Source: Hydrolagus affinis (Eukaryota). From it: a DNA stretch of 64,000 nucleotides. Positions 36,641 through 51,883 of the stretch are shown here, one piece after another. The translations under genes were made by a program, and so were the position numbers. Numbering within the stretch: the first letter of the stretch is position 1; the number at the start of each line of letters is the position of its first letter. The stretch is taken from the NCBI GenBank assembly GCA_012026655.1, contig JAAILG010000894.1, positions 1 to 64,000 of the forward strand, written 5' to 3'. The notes under the pieces were generated by a model. It was not told the origin of the DNA and ran no database searches. It worked only from the letters and a program-made list of their open reading frames with translations.

Positions 36641-39600
36641 GTAGGTCGGTGGGGTCGGCAAACGCCGAGTGATGGGGAGGGGATGGAATGGGAATCAGGC
36701 GGAGGGTGGGAGGGGAGGGAGGAGGCGGCTGTCACTTGGTGGCTTTGGTTTCTGGCCACACGGGCGCTGGCGTATTGATTGATTTGTACAGATCGCTATC
36801 ATCTGAAATGCACCCAACCCTCTCCCCCCCAACCACTCCCACCCTTGTTTATACCGTCCACGTCCTTGGAGTTTTATAACCGTATCCGCATTTCTATTGC
36901 ATTTTTGTTTAGAGAGCCGTGTTATTACTTTCGGTTCCTATCGAGAATATTTGTTCCCGAGATGTGTCAAACTGAGAGTGGATCCCACTGGCGACAGATG
37001 CAGCTCTTAGACGTTTCCATGGGAATTTAGTTGATGCTGAAACGACTGTCCTATTTAGGAGTGCGGATTCTGAAGCGAGGAAGTTTTTAGTTCTTGTGTG
37101 TTTTAGCTTTTACAACAAGACACGGAGGACTAAACATGTTTTTTTGGGGGTGGGGGAGGATTGTGCGATTGTGAGTCATTTCCTTGTGAAATGGAAACAT
37201 CGCCAAACGTATTTTATTTTGTGTGCCCTGTTATACTTGTTTTGGGGGTCGGTTTATTTTACATCGATTATATCTTCCAGATACAGCGACTTTGCTTTAA
37301 CATTGACGATTTGAAACTAGTCATTCTCGAGGCCAGGTTGAGTTTTGGGTCTAACAGGATTTGAGCAAGAAGATCTTTTGAGAAATCGTTAGGAAACGTG
37401 TTGGGTTGGTTGATTGCATAGTCAGTCGGGTTTGATATTCTCTCTAAGACTACAGGATTGTGCTTTTATTTGGCAAAAGAGTTCAGATCAGATATGTTGT
37501 AATGAAATTTTCCCTTAACTATTCAGGCATATTTTTGAAAGAAAGAAAAAATTGTAAAATATTGCCATTTTCTCTCTTCTGATGGCATTTTAACTCCCCT
37601 TTCTCTCTCTTGTTGCTTTTCTACTCATTAACACAAGGCATTTGTGACAATTTTATAGCCTCAACTGCTGTCTAATCTGAGTTCAACTAACAGCACAGAT
37701 TGAATTTTGAGCCTGTGAGTTCCATGGCCTGGTGCTACAAAGGCATGTTATACTTTTCCAATATACTAGTTGGTGAAGATTGGATTATCAACTCCAACAA
37801 CTAGTGCACTGGAAAAGGAAAACTATGTCTTTAAATTGTTTTGAATTTTATATTTTTATGAAACAAGTGTTTAGTAACCTTAGCTGATTTAGATTAGTAA
37901 CAACAAAGTCATTTTATCAACTGATACACTACATGGTTTATGGAAGAAATTATTTAGTTTTCTCCTCATTTTAGAATGCTAAAACCAGACCACTCCTAAA
38001 CTTGTAGATTGTAGACCACCCAAAAAAAACGAGTTGTCTTACCTACTGAGAGCCATTTTCAGATTTCTATCCATATTGGTTGATGACAAGAGAACTTCTG
38101 TATGCAAGTACATTTGAAGTTACTGAACATTCAGTTGTCTTGAAAGGGTGTTTCCCTTAATGGCTGACACACCTCCAACTGAAAAGCTACATACTGATTC
38201 CTCACAATAGCATTTTATCCTGTTTTAAAATAATTTAAATGAAAATAGAACTTTTATTTGCCCTTAAGTGCAAATAAAATGCACTTTTAATACAGATGTT
38301 TCTAAAGTGTATTTAATGAAATATTAAAGATATATAAATCACTTGCAACTGTAAGTGTTGACCAAGTGTGATTTGTAGCCTGAGAAAAGCACTGATACTG
38401 CACCAGTGTACTGTATGTTTGCCACTGTTCAGTGCCTTGGGAAGTCCTCCTCACATGAAAGGCGCTCTATAAGTGTAATTTTGTTGTTGCTGTAGTGTCT
38501 TTAGGGCTGTCTGGTAGAGAATTTTATATCATGTCATATTAGTGACAGCTGAGCCAGATTTAATGTTTGTTTTGCTCTTTCCATTCCTGTCTAATTGGAC
38601 TGAGACATAGGCAAGAGTGAAAAATCCTTTTAATCCATTAGGGATGAAAGACCTGGGTTGTCAGTGATGAATGGCTGAGTTTGTAATGTCTTCCTAGCCA
38701 CTGAAATCAATGGGATTGTGTCTGATCTTTATGGTGCGCTTATATTTCTGCCGTTGGTGATAAAATACGTGATAGCTTTCATATTAAACAGTGAATATGC
38801 TTTGATTTTAGAGAGAAAAAACCTGGTGATGATGATGAGCTGTTTATTGTGTGCCTAAAGTGATTACTGTATATCCCCTGCAGAATTATACTATTCATCA
38901 GTTGTTTGAAATCCAAACTCATTCCAGCTTTCAAAGCAGAGATAGTAGATTTAACTTAATTTGAACCTATGTTCCAGTGGATTTGATCTTTTCGATGGCT
39001 GACTTCAGGTTTACAATTCCTGTGACTTCGTACAGGAATCTATCCAGTAATGTTATACAATAACGCTTCTTATGAAGCTAATCACATAACACCCAAGGGA
39101 TGGTTGGCCTTGCAGCTAGAAATATCATATATGTATTTGGCTTGCAACTGGAAAAATATGTAGCCAAGAAATGTCATTATGCTGAAAAAGTTTTTAAAAT
39201 GCATATAATTTACAAATATGACAGCTATAGATGTTGCCATGCTCATAAAATTAGATGAAAAATTTAAATAAAGGTATTGCTAAGTGCAACATAGTTGTTT
39301 TCGTACAGTTTAAGCACTCTATATAGTTTTAAGTTTCCAGGTTTGATCCTTGGTCTGTGCTAAGCTAGCTGATCTCAGTCAAGATATCAGTAAGAATACT
39401 ACAAAATACTCACTAGCTCTCCTGTCTATGGAGTAGAAAGTCAGTCAGGCAGAGGTTATGAAGCTACCCATGATTGTAGCGCCTGTTAAGACTCTCAGTC
39501 CTCCCATGATTGTACTGGCCGTACAATCATGGGAGATACCACAATTAGCTCTGGTACCGTACTCTGGTATATTCACACATACTTTATGGCAATGCCTGGA

Positions 39601-39974
39601 ATTCACTATTAATTTTTAATATAAAAATATTCTCATGGCAACCCTGACAAAATTGAAGTTATTTTACTTGGCTTTTGTAAACTTCTTCATCTGACTTCAG
39701 ATTGCTCAATCCTGGAGCTTTGTTTGACCCGCAGATTTCTGTCAAAGTCAATAACTAGTTAACCAAGACTATTTTCCTTTCTGTCCAGAATATTGCCTGG
39801 TTCCATCCCTATTTTTTTTGTGTGAAAGATGTTCTAGTGCTATTTGTAGTGATATTTACCTGCCTTTAATCCAAAATAGATCTGTACAATTTGCTAGGAT
39901 TTCTTTAAAGTATCATTCCTTATTTCAAATAAATCGTCATTGCTTAACATTTCTTAGCATCACTATCACTTTTA

Positions 39975-40100
39975 AAAAAAATGCAGGAGTATGGGGAAAG
40001 AATGGGGAGTTGGACTGATTGGGTCGTTCTTCCAAAGAGCTGGCATAGGCATGATGGCCTGAATGGATTCCTTCTATGCTGTAATAATTTCTGATTCTAT
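39975..40100 (+). mobile_element. CR1-type 3' end
   Basis: tatggggaaag...gagctggcataggcatgatggcctgaatggattccttctatgctgta...ttctatg. Confidence 0.7.
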
Positions 40101-43100
40101 GTTTCATGGAAACCGTGGGATATGCACTACTAATGCAGTGTGTTTAGTGTTTGGGAAGATTTTTCAAATGCGTCAGGCACAATTCAGCAATAGCCTGCTA
40201 AAATTATTCTGCTTAATGCAGTGCTCAATGAATCAAAAAAGGTTTTAGTCTATCTAGCGTGTGAAGTTGGTTATGTTCGGAGAAGCAAAAGCAAAACAAG
40301 TTGCTGTTGAATCATTTTGTATCCCTTGTTTTCTGGTTATTTGTCCGTTCCTTTAGCTCAGGTTTGGAAGCATCATCGTTACGCATCAGTCAATTTTCTA
40401 AAGAAGAAATCTGATTGTCTGTTCCCTGTTGTGTAATTGCACTACTGGAGAGATTGAAATCTGGTCAAGTGATTCCATCCTATATTAACCAATCTGCACA
40501 AATCCGGTAGTCCAGAAATGTAAATTATCCTGAACAGTATTGGTGTGCTTTTCTTCTATATGTGTGTTAACTTGTTTGCCCACTTTATTTGACAAATCAT
40601 GTTGGATTTCCAAATTATGACTATTTTGTCGATATAAATTATTAAACAAATATTGATTTTTCAGGCAACGATCCAAAAGTAATTTGGTGCATTTTTATCT
40701 GCCAAATGGCACTTGATCTGATACTGCATAAAGCACTGCAGTGCTATTGTACGCTTTATCTTATGCTACTGTAATCCCTTTGTTATTAAAATTAGTTGCT
40801 GGTGTGTCTATAAAATCCATTTTTAAACACAAACAAAATTATGAGAAAACATACAATCAGTCACTATGCAATCAAATCCTTTGTTTGTTGCTTTATGGCA
40901 ATTCCAGCAACAATGAAACATAAATTGAAGGTGGGCAGAGAGTAAGGAGTAATGCCATGTCTGTTGATGAGAACATGTTGTGTTATTGCCTCTGACACAA
41001 GGGACACAAATTCCCTTGTTGTTGGTGGGATAGTATAATGACTATTCAGCACAATTTGGTAATCCTAAGCAGTGCCAGAATCAGCTATACTGTAGTGTGT
41101 CTCTTGTGGCCAGCCCCAGGTTGATTGCCACCCAAAAGATAAGACAGCTGAGTCCTCATTGTATGGATCAAATGGAACCTGTCATCTTCCCATTTTCTTG
41201 TTTTTGTAGGTATGATTCTCGGTGCTCTTTTGTAAGCAGAAGAGAAGCTGAAGGAATATTTCTCCGCCAAATAGCTTACAGAGCAAGTCTAGACATTTCA
41301 CTTCTGTCTAATATCGACAGTGCATCATTGTGTGCTTCAATTTAATATGTACTGATTGTGCTGAATCATAAGTTTCTTCTGATTTTCTCTGCGGCCTAGA
41401 GGATATAAAATGATTTAGGAATGCGACTTTTTAAAATTTTAATTTAAATTTCTAATAAAATGCCACAGGCACAAGAGTTAGCATTCTGAGATTGCTATGT
41501 TCATAGACATGGCTTTTTTTAAATAAATGTGACAATTTCATGATACATTGGATTATTTGGGTTAACATAAAGCAGTCTTAAGACAAATTGGGTAAAATGT
41601 GGGGTCATTGCATTTATAATGCCAAACTATGCCACAAAAGTGTTATTATTAGCTTGTTTTTACTGTCCACAAAAGCTTGCCTGATAGAAGAGCCCAAAGG
41701 AAATGACCAGCATTCAGTGCTAAATGGGGGGAAAAGAGACACGGTAGTGTGTTCTCTGTTTCTGCTGATACAGAATTTAATAGCAGGAAGTTGCGGAGAT
41801 AATGGTGCTGATTGTGGGCCATTTCCTCACTGATGATCCTTTTATTCTAAAACAAGCTTTAAAATTCAGCTATTGGTGTTGAGAATTTTAATTGCTGTTC
41901 TCCCACTATAAAGTAGCTAGTAATCGCAGAATATTTTGTTGATACTAGATTACAAACTCTTGCACCATAAACCAGTTAATATTAACCAGTACTGTAATGT
42001 GTATGTTAGAAAATAACTTAACATATGGTATACTGTAAATATGGTGGTTAATGGACCAATTTGAGGAGCACTATATAAATATAAATGTAAATTGTATGTA
42101 GTTCACAGCCATTTGGGGGAAATAATTTGTTAACGTAGGGAGAAGCAATTTAAATTAGACAATGTTTAATATGTTAATTGGGTTTTGAAATCTTCAAAGT
42201 CTATTTCTAGCTGATTATGATCTCCTCCCAAAATGAAAGGAGCTGTAGAATGAATGTGTCATTTTGCATGTGTTCTTTACCATTGAAATGTTGCTAGGAA
42301 AATGTAGGGAGTTTGAATTTGCTGATTTTAAGGCTATTGAAATAGAAGTATTTTGACAAACTAGTGAAATCTAGGCTATTGTCTCCGCTAATTTAACGTT
42401 GTGAAAGATGTAAACGAAGCAGGCACTCCTCAAGAACAACAACTAGGGTTATTATCCTGCTGATTCACACCCATTAATGTCCTCATGCTGCTGCAATTTC
42501 TTAAAATGGCTGTGAGGATGAATCTGTTTTGCTTCTGTTGGATTTAGAATATTGTTGTTTTGAATTCCTGGGTGTTCAGCCATAATTGCAGATTTAGATG
42601 AAAAATAAGTCTTTGTTCAGAATTGTTAATTTGCACTTTACTCTTCAGGGAATGCTATAAAAATGACAGTGTTCTCTGGTTTGTGAAGTGTTCTCTGTGG
42701 TGCCTATGGCTAGTTGACGTCAGGACATAACTATTCCCAACAGTGTTTTCACCTTCAGCATATTGCCAGTGAGCAATTAATGATGATCTTTGATACATAA
42801 CGATATTAAATGTATGTTGCAGCCAAAGTACAGGAAGCTGCTGCTAGCTACAGTGAGGTGGATTCATCTGGGGTGGATGAGCTCCTCAAAATGAATCCAC
42901 AGGATACAATTCAAATTATATTTGGTTGCTGTGCAGCCTGGTTTTATGTACGATCAATTAATGATAACTGGCACAATGGAATTTTCTATAGTTGAATTTG
43001 GGGTCTATTATATTAAGTACTGTAGTTTCTGAAATGCACATTAGGTATAATGCTGCATTAAGGTGGTGAATGGAAAAAGCAGTGGTATATTAAAGGCTTC

Positions 43101-44620
43101 ATCACCTTCAAGTACAGAATGCAAAATCTATTTTAAGATTGTTAAAAAACCTGTAGAATTTTTATGCAAAGATTTTGGTTTCTGTGCTAATGAAATATTT
43201 TGCTTGTGAGAGATTGATGTTTCCAACAACATACAGATGATGAATAATAAAGGTGTGTCTTCCCATCAAATTAGTAATTATAGTGACAGAGAGGTGATTT
43301 TTGAAAAGTGGGCAAATCAGTCTGTATATTGTTGCAACAGTAGAGCAGGCCCTTGAGACATCCCACTGACCAAGGATGTTAATGTTTCACCAGTAACCTC
43401 TTGCTGAAAAACAAATGTCCGCATGGAAATCAATGCAATCTGAGAGGCATTTCTGTCTAGAGTTTGACTTAGTGTTTTGAAACTAACGGATCCTGATTTT
43501 TTTTTAAAAAAATGATGTGGTAGTCTAGTTTGCAATGTCCAATTTCCTGTTTCTTTTGTTTTGTGGATATTTTTTACTTCTGGAAATCTTGTGCCTCGTC
43601 TGCTCTTGCATATTTTTCATTTGATGGTATCAGTTTACAGTAGAATCGGCTTGACGTTATCAGTGGCGAATGATCTTTGTAGAGTGAACATGTCGGTGTT
43701 ACATGTTCATTTGACCTGAGAGAAATTACTATCCACTTATGGTATAAATACCAAACAGTACTTTTCTATTACAGTATTTAGTTAATGTACTCCCCATTGA
43801 CAATCACCTGATTCATCTTTAAAACCGCATGCTCCAGCTCAGCAAAACTGCCTTTTAGAATTTTAAATCTAATTTACAAAATATGCAGACTATTTCAAGT
43901 TCTCTTTTGAATCTGTGTCAAGAATGCAGCAATTTCATGATGAGTTGTTTATTCTAAGTGATTTGCTGATTTCTTGCGCTTCATCAATCTGCTGGCAATG
44001 CTTAGCTGGCTCCCCACTGTAATTGAGTTTTCATAGAAACAGTGTACATTTCTCAATTTCTAGCTCCTTATGAGGCACGTTAGAATTCCAGAGAAGGAGC
44101 TGAGAGCTCCCTTCTGTAGTGGGCACTGTCCTGCTAATTCCCAATGTGTCATATAAGGTATAACTTTTGTTCCTCTCCCACCATCTCTATGTCGAGTGTG
44201 CTGTGCCGAGTGATTTAGATGAAGTTAGCAATTTAATGGGGGAAGCCATACATTAAATGCTAGTCGAAGCAGAATTTAAATCTATGATGATGTGGGTTAC
44301 TTGACAATTTAACTGCCTTTAACATGGATAATTAGAATGCAATTTGGATTGAGATTTGTAACAAGAAATTCTAATTGTCTGACATTTGTTTTGAGCTTGT
44401 AAAATCATTTATCTTGATTAACAAATATAATTGCTTTTAAAGTGTTTTTACAAAATAACTTGTGATTTTTTTTAAAAAAACTAGTGTTTCTGCGTGTGGA
44501 ACGCTTCTGAGATATATATGAATGTATTGTGTTCCCCCTAATTATGCTTCTAAGAAATTAGAGTTCAGGACAATCCTTTTCATTAATTTAATATTTTCTC
44601 TCATTTCTTTTCTCCAAAGG

Positions 44621-44881
44621 ATGCATGACACCATGTCCACAATGGTGTATTTGAAAGAAGACAAACTAGAAAAACTTTCCCAGGAGGATATAATTGCCAA
44701 AACAAAACAGGTGATCCAAGGACTTGAGGCCTTAAAAAATGAACACAACTCCATATTGCAGAGCCTGCTGGAAACGCTAAAGTGCCTGAAAAAAGATGAC
44801 GAAAGTAATCTGGTGGAGGAGAAATCCAACATGATTCGCAAGTCCCTGGAAATGCTAGAGCTTGGTCTCAGTGAGGCACAG
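44621..44881 (+). CDS. KLC1: Kinesin light chain 1, exon 2 (first coding)
   Basis: ccaaag|G ATG; MHDTMSTMVYLKEDKLEKLSQEDII...LGLSEAQ|gtaacc; 261 coding nt. Confidence 0.97.
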
Positions 44882-46021
44882 GTAACCCGTCACAAGACTA
44901 CAAAGTGAAAGGATAATTTTCTTTTATAAAAGGGTGTAAAAATAGACTTCCATAATTTGATTACCCTATTCTGCTTTTCAAGTAGCTGTCAGTAGGAGAT
45001 AATATATTTTGCCTTTGATTACTTTTCTACGGTGAAATGGTTTCTTGTTGTGAGATACCACCTAAAAATCATACCTTCAGAACTTCAGAATTTATCAGAT
45101 TTTTACAGTAGGTAATGTAGATTTACCTACTCTCTCAATTGAGAACTTTTACCAGACAGGCTCTGGAGATGAGGCTGCTATCTGTGAAATGTGAATTCGG
45201 CAACTGCGCTGTCAGGCTACGTTTAATCTCCTGAGCGTTTGAGCTTTGACACTTCATTACAACACACATTTTTGGAGCTTTTTTCAGGGACCAAACACTT
45301 CGATCTGCGAAAATGAATTATGATAAGATCACTAATTAATAAGCAAATGAAATCCCTGGTGTGGATTGAGTCATCTAGATAAGAAAATCTGGAGGTTTGA
45401 TGCCTTAACTGTATTTTAACTGATCTCGGCTGAAGGCACTGACTTGTGTTCCTGAACAAGCAAGGATTGAATTGGATAATTAGGCTGCCGACTAATACTG
45501 TTGAGGCTAGACACATGAAGAATGGCCAATTGTTTGGATGCCAAAGGCATGTCGCCACCTGTACAAGTGCAACCAAGTGAGTTACTTGTTCCAGGAGTGA
45601 TGTGTATATCATTGATCTAAATTAATATGGGTGTATTTTCAAGATTGCACATTGATTTTCATGTCACTGGCAGACATTGGTCCCTTCCCATATCTAGACT
45701 GTGAGCAACATCTCTTCTTTGTCTATGTCCACAACAGTAATGATCAGAACAGTAATATAGTATGCAGTTTTTTTTCACAGAGGCTGCAATGCAAATGTAA
45801 TCTTACAAGTCTGCTCTGGCTTTAGACAATTGGTGTGATGCTATCTTAAAGTTGAAAACAATTCTGGAGTTGATGACCATCTCTTACCATCAGAAAACCA
45901 AATGACCTTTGGATAGGGCAAAACGGAAGCATAAGATATTACGTAAAGTCATTTTTACTTAAATTAAGGAAACGGCTACTTTGTGGAAGAGTTTCAAAAT
46001 GTTTCAAATCTTTTCACGTGA

Positions 46022-46315
<294 letters not shown>

Positions 46316-46775
46316 TAGGATATCCCATCATTTAAAGGCTTCTTGGTTCATTTAAAAAAAAATCTGGTTTCATAGCGAAGTGGGATTAAATTTTAACCGA
46401 CTGATTGTTTTTACACACATATACTCTTCCCTCAACACCCTCTTTCTTACAGTGGGGAAGGTGTATGATTGCTGATTTGGAGCCTGATTTTTAGCTGAGT
46501 TTGGAAGTTAGGTTTTCGAGCCATTGTCCTTTCACTTGCTATAAAGCTTTGGCAAACCAATGTGCTGTTCTACCTGCACAGTTAGTTTTAAAGATGCTTC
46601 ATAAAATGTGCCTTGAAGCTTTTATTTATCTGAGGCACTAAGGTCAACATAGTTACATTTTTTTCAGAGGTATTTCTCTACAGTTATTATCCAGTGGATT
46701 GGTGGCATTCTCCCACGAAGGAGTTAGATACAGATTCACAACCATGGTTTGCCATAATCTTGAATTTAATCATCA

Positions 46776-47064
46776 TAATAATAATCGTGCATTTGATATA
46801 GCGCTTTTCATGTCTTCTAGATGTCTCACAGCGTTTCACAGAATATACTGTGCAATGAATTGACTATATATGTGGGCAAAACGGGTCAGCCGGTGTCCCA
46901 CAAACAGCCGCGGATTGAAATATCCGATTTATTATCGTTCTTTTTTTGAGGGATTATTATCAGCATGTGGAGTAAGGAAACAAAAACGTTTTGCTCTGCC
47001 TGGAATTGACCCCAGATCTTTTGCCTGTAAGGCAAGTGCTCTACCCACTGAGCTACAGGACTCC
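46776..47064 (-). mobile_element. Full-length SINE in KLC1 intron 3
   Basis: Tail to head, ending ...ccactgagctacaggactcc. Confidence 0.9.
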
Positions 47065-47205
47065 CCTGTGTTGGTATAGAAATAGTTTGATTGACTTGAA
47101 TTAGTAGATTTAGTTGCTGGGAACTGCAAACAAATATTTATCAAGTAGGAACAGTACATTAAATATTCAAGTTCCTTACCCTGTTTTTGTATGAAAATCT
47201 TGTAG

Positions 47206-47284
47206 GAGGAAAAAGACAGTGATTCATCCAAAGAAGCTCTGGATGACCTTTTCCCAAATGAAGAGGATGAACCAGGACATGGAA
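47206..47284 (+). CDS. KLC1: KLC1 exon 4 (LFP-acidic linker)
   Basis: tgtag|GAG...GGA A|gtaagt, 79 nt; EEKDSDSSKEALDDLFPNEEDEPGHG. Confidence 0.96.
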
Positions 47285-47819
47285 GTAAGTGTTCAGGAAA
47301 AACTAGAAGAGGCATTTGTCTAAGTTCTTTCTAAAAGTCATTCAATTGATTACATTTGAGGTTTTTTTTTAAAAAAAGAAAATCAAATGTGCTGTTAGTC
47401 TGTTGGAACGAAGGTTCGAAAGAAAAGCTTTCATGGTTGAATTGATATATTGGAAATCTTATTCTGAAATGCGGAAGAACTATAGCCTGTGATGTTACTA
47501 AAGGTCTTGTCGGTTTCAGGGGGTTTCACCTTAGATTTTATTTCCCTTCAGTGGTACAGAATAACACATAGTGTGGTTTGCTTTCACATTTAAAGTGTGG
47601 CGAGTTAGGGCTTGTCAATTTAAATATTATTATGAAGAAGCACGTTTGTGGTTTGTTGTCCCAATCACCATAATTTACATTGGTTGGGCTACATTAAAAT
47701 AAAACAAATACAGTATGGGTCCCGGTATGGGAACAAATAAAGTGCTCGTCTTTCAGAGGTGAGAATTAGCCGTTTATTTTGTTTGTTGGTATTAAGTATT
47801 TATAATTGTCCCTGGCGGC

Positions 47820-48291
47820 ATTTATAGGCTTGGATGAGTGAGAACTTCCTGCAGCTGATCATGGACAAGACGGAGGCAACACTTGTTGGCTCCTGTCAAC
47901 ATCTTCACTCCTGTGGTTCTAAACTAGGCTCAACCACCCCCACCCCCCCAGGCTCTCCCTCAGACTCACCGAACCACCCGGCTCAACCCAGACCAAACCA
48001 CGGGGGCACCTCCACTCGACTAGCACCAGCCTCCTCCTCATCCCTCGCACCCTTCACCCACAATTGAAGGTCGCTCTTTCAGTCACACTGCTTCAAAACT
48101 CTGGAACAATCTCTCTATCCCTCTGCCTTGCCCCCTTCCTCCTCCCTTTGAAGTCCTGCCTGAAAACCTTCCTCTTCATCTATGCTTACGGCCACTTCAC
48201 CCCCCGTTCTCCCTCAACTCACAGCTCAAAGTAGGGCTGCTTTGAGACCTACTCGGCATGCAGGGTGCTATATAAGTGCAAGTTGGTGTTG
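47820..48291 (+). mobile_element. L2 LINE 3' fragment, internally deleted
   Basis: WMSENFLQLIMDKTEA matches the L2 ORF2 motif WM..NFLQLN..KTE; pyrimidine-rich 3' UTR and tail gtgctatataagtgcaagttggtgttg. Confidence 0.8.
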
Positions 48292-48856
48292 TCCCTGGAC
48301 TGCAACATTATTCCATTGTTCCCACTATAGGGGTGCAATTAGACAAAAGATCCAATTTAACAAAGAATCATTCCAGTGAGATTCAAAAGTAGAGACATAG
48401 AGACATTGCTTTCATTAAGGAATTCGGCTCAATTATGATATGAGCTTCCTCTGTAGTTATTATATATTATTATAGTTATTATAGTTGAGGCAGTCTTTGG
48501 AGCACTTAATGGTTCCTTAACTTCCGTAAAATGAGTGAACGGAAAAAATGTGTTTGATTCAGCGCTCTTATGTTTTGCTGAGCGAATGGAACCAACATGT
48601 CACAAGTGCATGCTTAGGGTAAATCGAATAGATTTTCAGCAGGGTTGCAGTGCAGTTCTGTACTTTAAATGAGGTATTGATTTGCAGAATATTCATCGTT
48701 ATTGTGAATATTATTTGCTGAAAGCTTTCCTAGATTGGACATTGTTTTATTTTTAAAACAAAAAGGTGAAATATTTGAATGTAAGCGAGATCTACAAAGA
48801 TCTTGGTCCAACATCCAGTGTTTCTGTACTAAAGTAATATTCATCTTTTTTTCTAA

Positions 48857-49126
<270 letters not shown>

Positions 49127-49702
49127 TGAAGATCATCCATTGTAATGCTTGTACAAAGTAAATGCTGGTACCACTAATGGCTTAATGAATTATTCCTTTT
49201 TTGGTTAGACAAGTTGCCGAAGAAATTTGATGCGCAAATTTATCAGTTTAAATACTGGAACTTTTTTCTAACTGGGGCAGAGGATGGTAGTTTATTTCAC
49301 TTCTTGACGGTTCAATTTGAATCTTGTACAGAATGACAGGATGATTATGATTATATGATAGGATGATATGATTATCCCTGTCTATTATCTGTAAGCATCC
49401 AAAATAAGTGGCAGCCTGAATTATTTTTCTGCAGTATGTGGCCCTGTAGCAAAGTAGTCTGGGGTTTTTCAAAAAAGATATTTGAAAGGAGTAAGTAAGA
49501 ATGAACCTTTGAAAATGTGTTTAATATTGCTAAAAGGAATGAAAGTCCCTGTATTAAACAAAGGCATTAAATTATCCATTGATTCTAATACTGTACCATG
49601 ATTAGACAAATTTTGAATGTCATTTCTGCTCATTTTTATAGTTAGTGGATATTGTGTGTGAAATATCTCCTATTACCCATTGCACAACAAAGCTTACAAT
49701 CA

Positions 49703-49828
49703 CTGTTTGTGGGACACTGCTGTGCTCAACTGGCTGCCATGTTTCTCCCACAAAATACACTTTACAGTATATTCTGTGAAGTGTCTCGAAGACATGATAA
49801 GGTGCTATATCAAATGCGAGGATTATTA
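49703..49828 (+). mobile_element. SINE 3' half with deletions
   Basis: ctgtttgtgggacactgctgtgc...gtgctatatcaaatgcgaggattatt. Confidence 0.8.
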
Positions 49829-49932
49829 TCATGATAGTCACAAATAAAATGTAGGCATCAATTGGAGGCTGTACGTTTTGAACTTTGTGTGTTCGATAAA
49901 AACTGCAGAGTTCAATATGTCTTTCAATCTGA

Positions 49933-50094
<162 letters not shown>

Positions 50095-50417
50095 TAAATA
50101 TTTCTCCATGTTAAATCAACAGGCCGATGTTAACAACTACCATTCCTTTATGATGACCAGGTAGGGAGGTCAAATTGTGAGTCCTTCAATGGTTCGGTTA
50201 TGGAGAATTATTATGTGCACACTCTTGATAAGTGCATAGTCTTTCCCAAATCATATTTGCTTGCAAGTACAGTATGATGGAGGACCCACGCTGATTTTTC
50301 ATTTGATTTTTAAATGCTGATCTCCAATGCTCTCTGACAAATGTCTACACTGCTTGGTTATGCAAAAATAGGAAATTGCGACTTTTTTGTTGTTTTGAAT
50401 GCAATTTGATCTTTTAG

Positions 50418-50666
<249 letters not shown>

Positions 50667-51649
50667 TGAGCTGCTTAAAATCCCTAGTCCAACTATGAAT
50701 GGTATGAAATATCAATTAATAGAAGATATTAGATTATTCAATGCATATCAAGATTAAAGAGGGTTTGATCAAAATAAAATTTATGGTTTACACAGTAAGA
50801 CACAGGTTTGACTTGCATGATGGTAGAATAAGGCCCAAATATTTCTCAGTAAGCCACTTGAGCTTCATTTCCAAAAAAGGGAAAGACTGAAGCTGGTGTC
50901 CTGTCAGACTTGGATTCTGAAAGAGAAGAGAAACTTTATTTCACAGAGGGCATTTTTTTTTAAAAAAGGCGTAGAAAAATAGTCTGATTTTGTTCAAAGG
51001 TCAATTTAGCCTTTTCATAAATTTGATTTCACCAATGTACTATTTACGTTGTTCTTGTCTTGCTGTGCACTAAATGTCTTGCCTACAGTAACTGCTAAAC
51101 CAGTATTGATTTTATTTTAGAAATACGAATCTTGTGTGTCAGACCTAATTGCATTAGATGCTTGCTTTTGTTAGCTGCTTTTGTTAGCTGTTTTTTTTAA
51201 AAGAGCGAGCAAAATAAAAGCCCCTTGATTGATGATACATTAATGCAATGTGAATTTGGAACCATATGCTAGTCAGAGGAACGTTTGAAATTCCTTTGAA
51301 TGCCACCTTGCAGTTTGCTTAATAGCATTGGCATTAGGCAGCATGACCTCAGTAGCCTAGTAGACCCACTGACATCGCTGTGAACTACTGGTGCAGTTTA
51401 ATATTGTTATTTCAAATGTGAGCTATAAATCTCAGCTATTAAGCCACTTTTATCTTTGAAATTGATTCATTACTAGATCTTTGACTGTGTCAATGCAAGT
51501 CATGGTGTGGCCATTTTCAAATGATTGTTTTGAATAGGGTAGCGTTTAAACATATTGTTGTATATTGCATTCAGGAAAAAATACTATGAAATGTGTTTGA
51601 TCTTTATGAAGGATTGTTCAATTAATGTCTAATGTGCTTTCCTCCTTAG

Positions 51650-51883
<234 letters not shown>

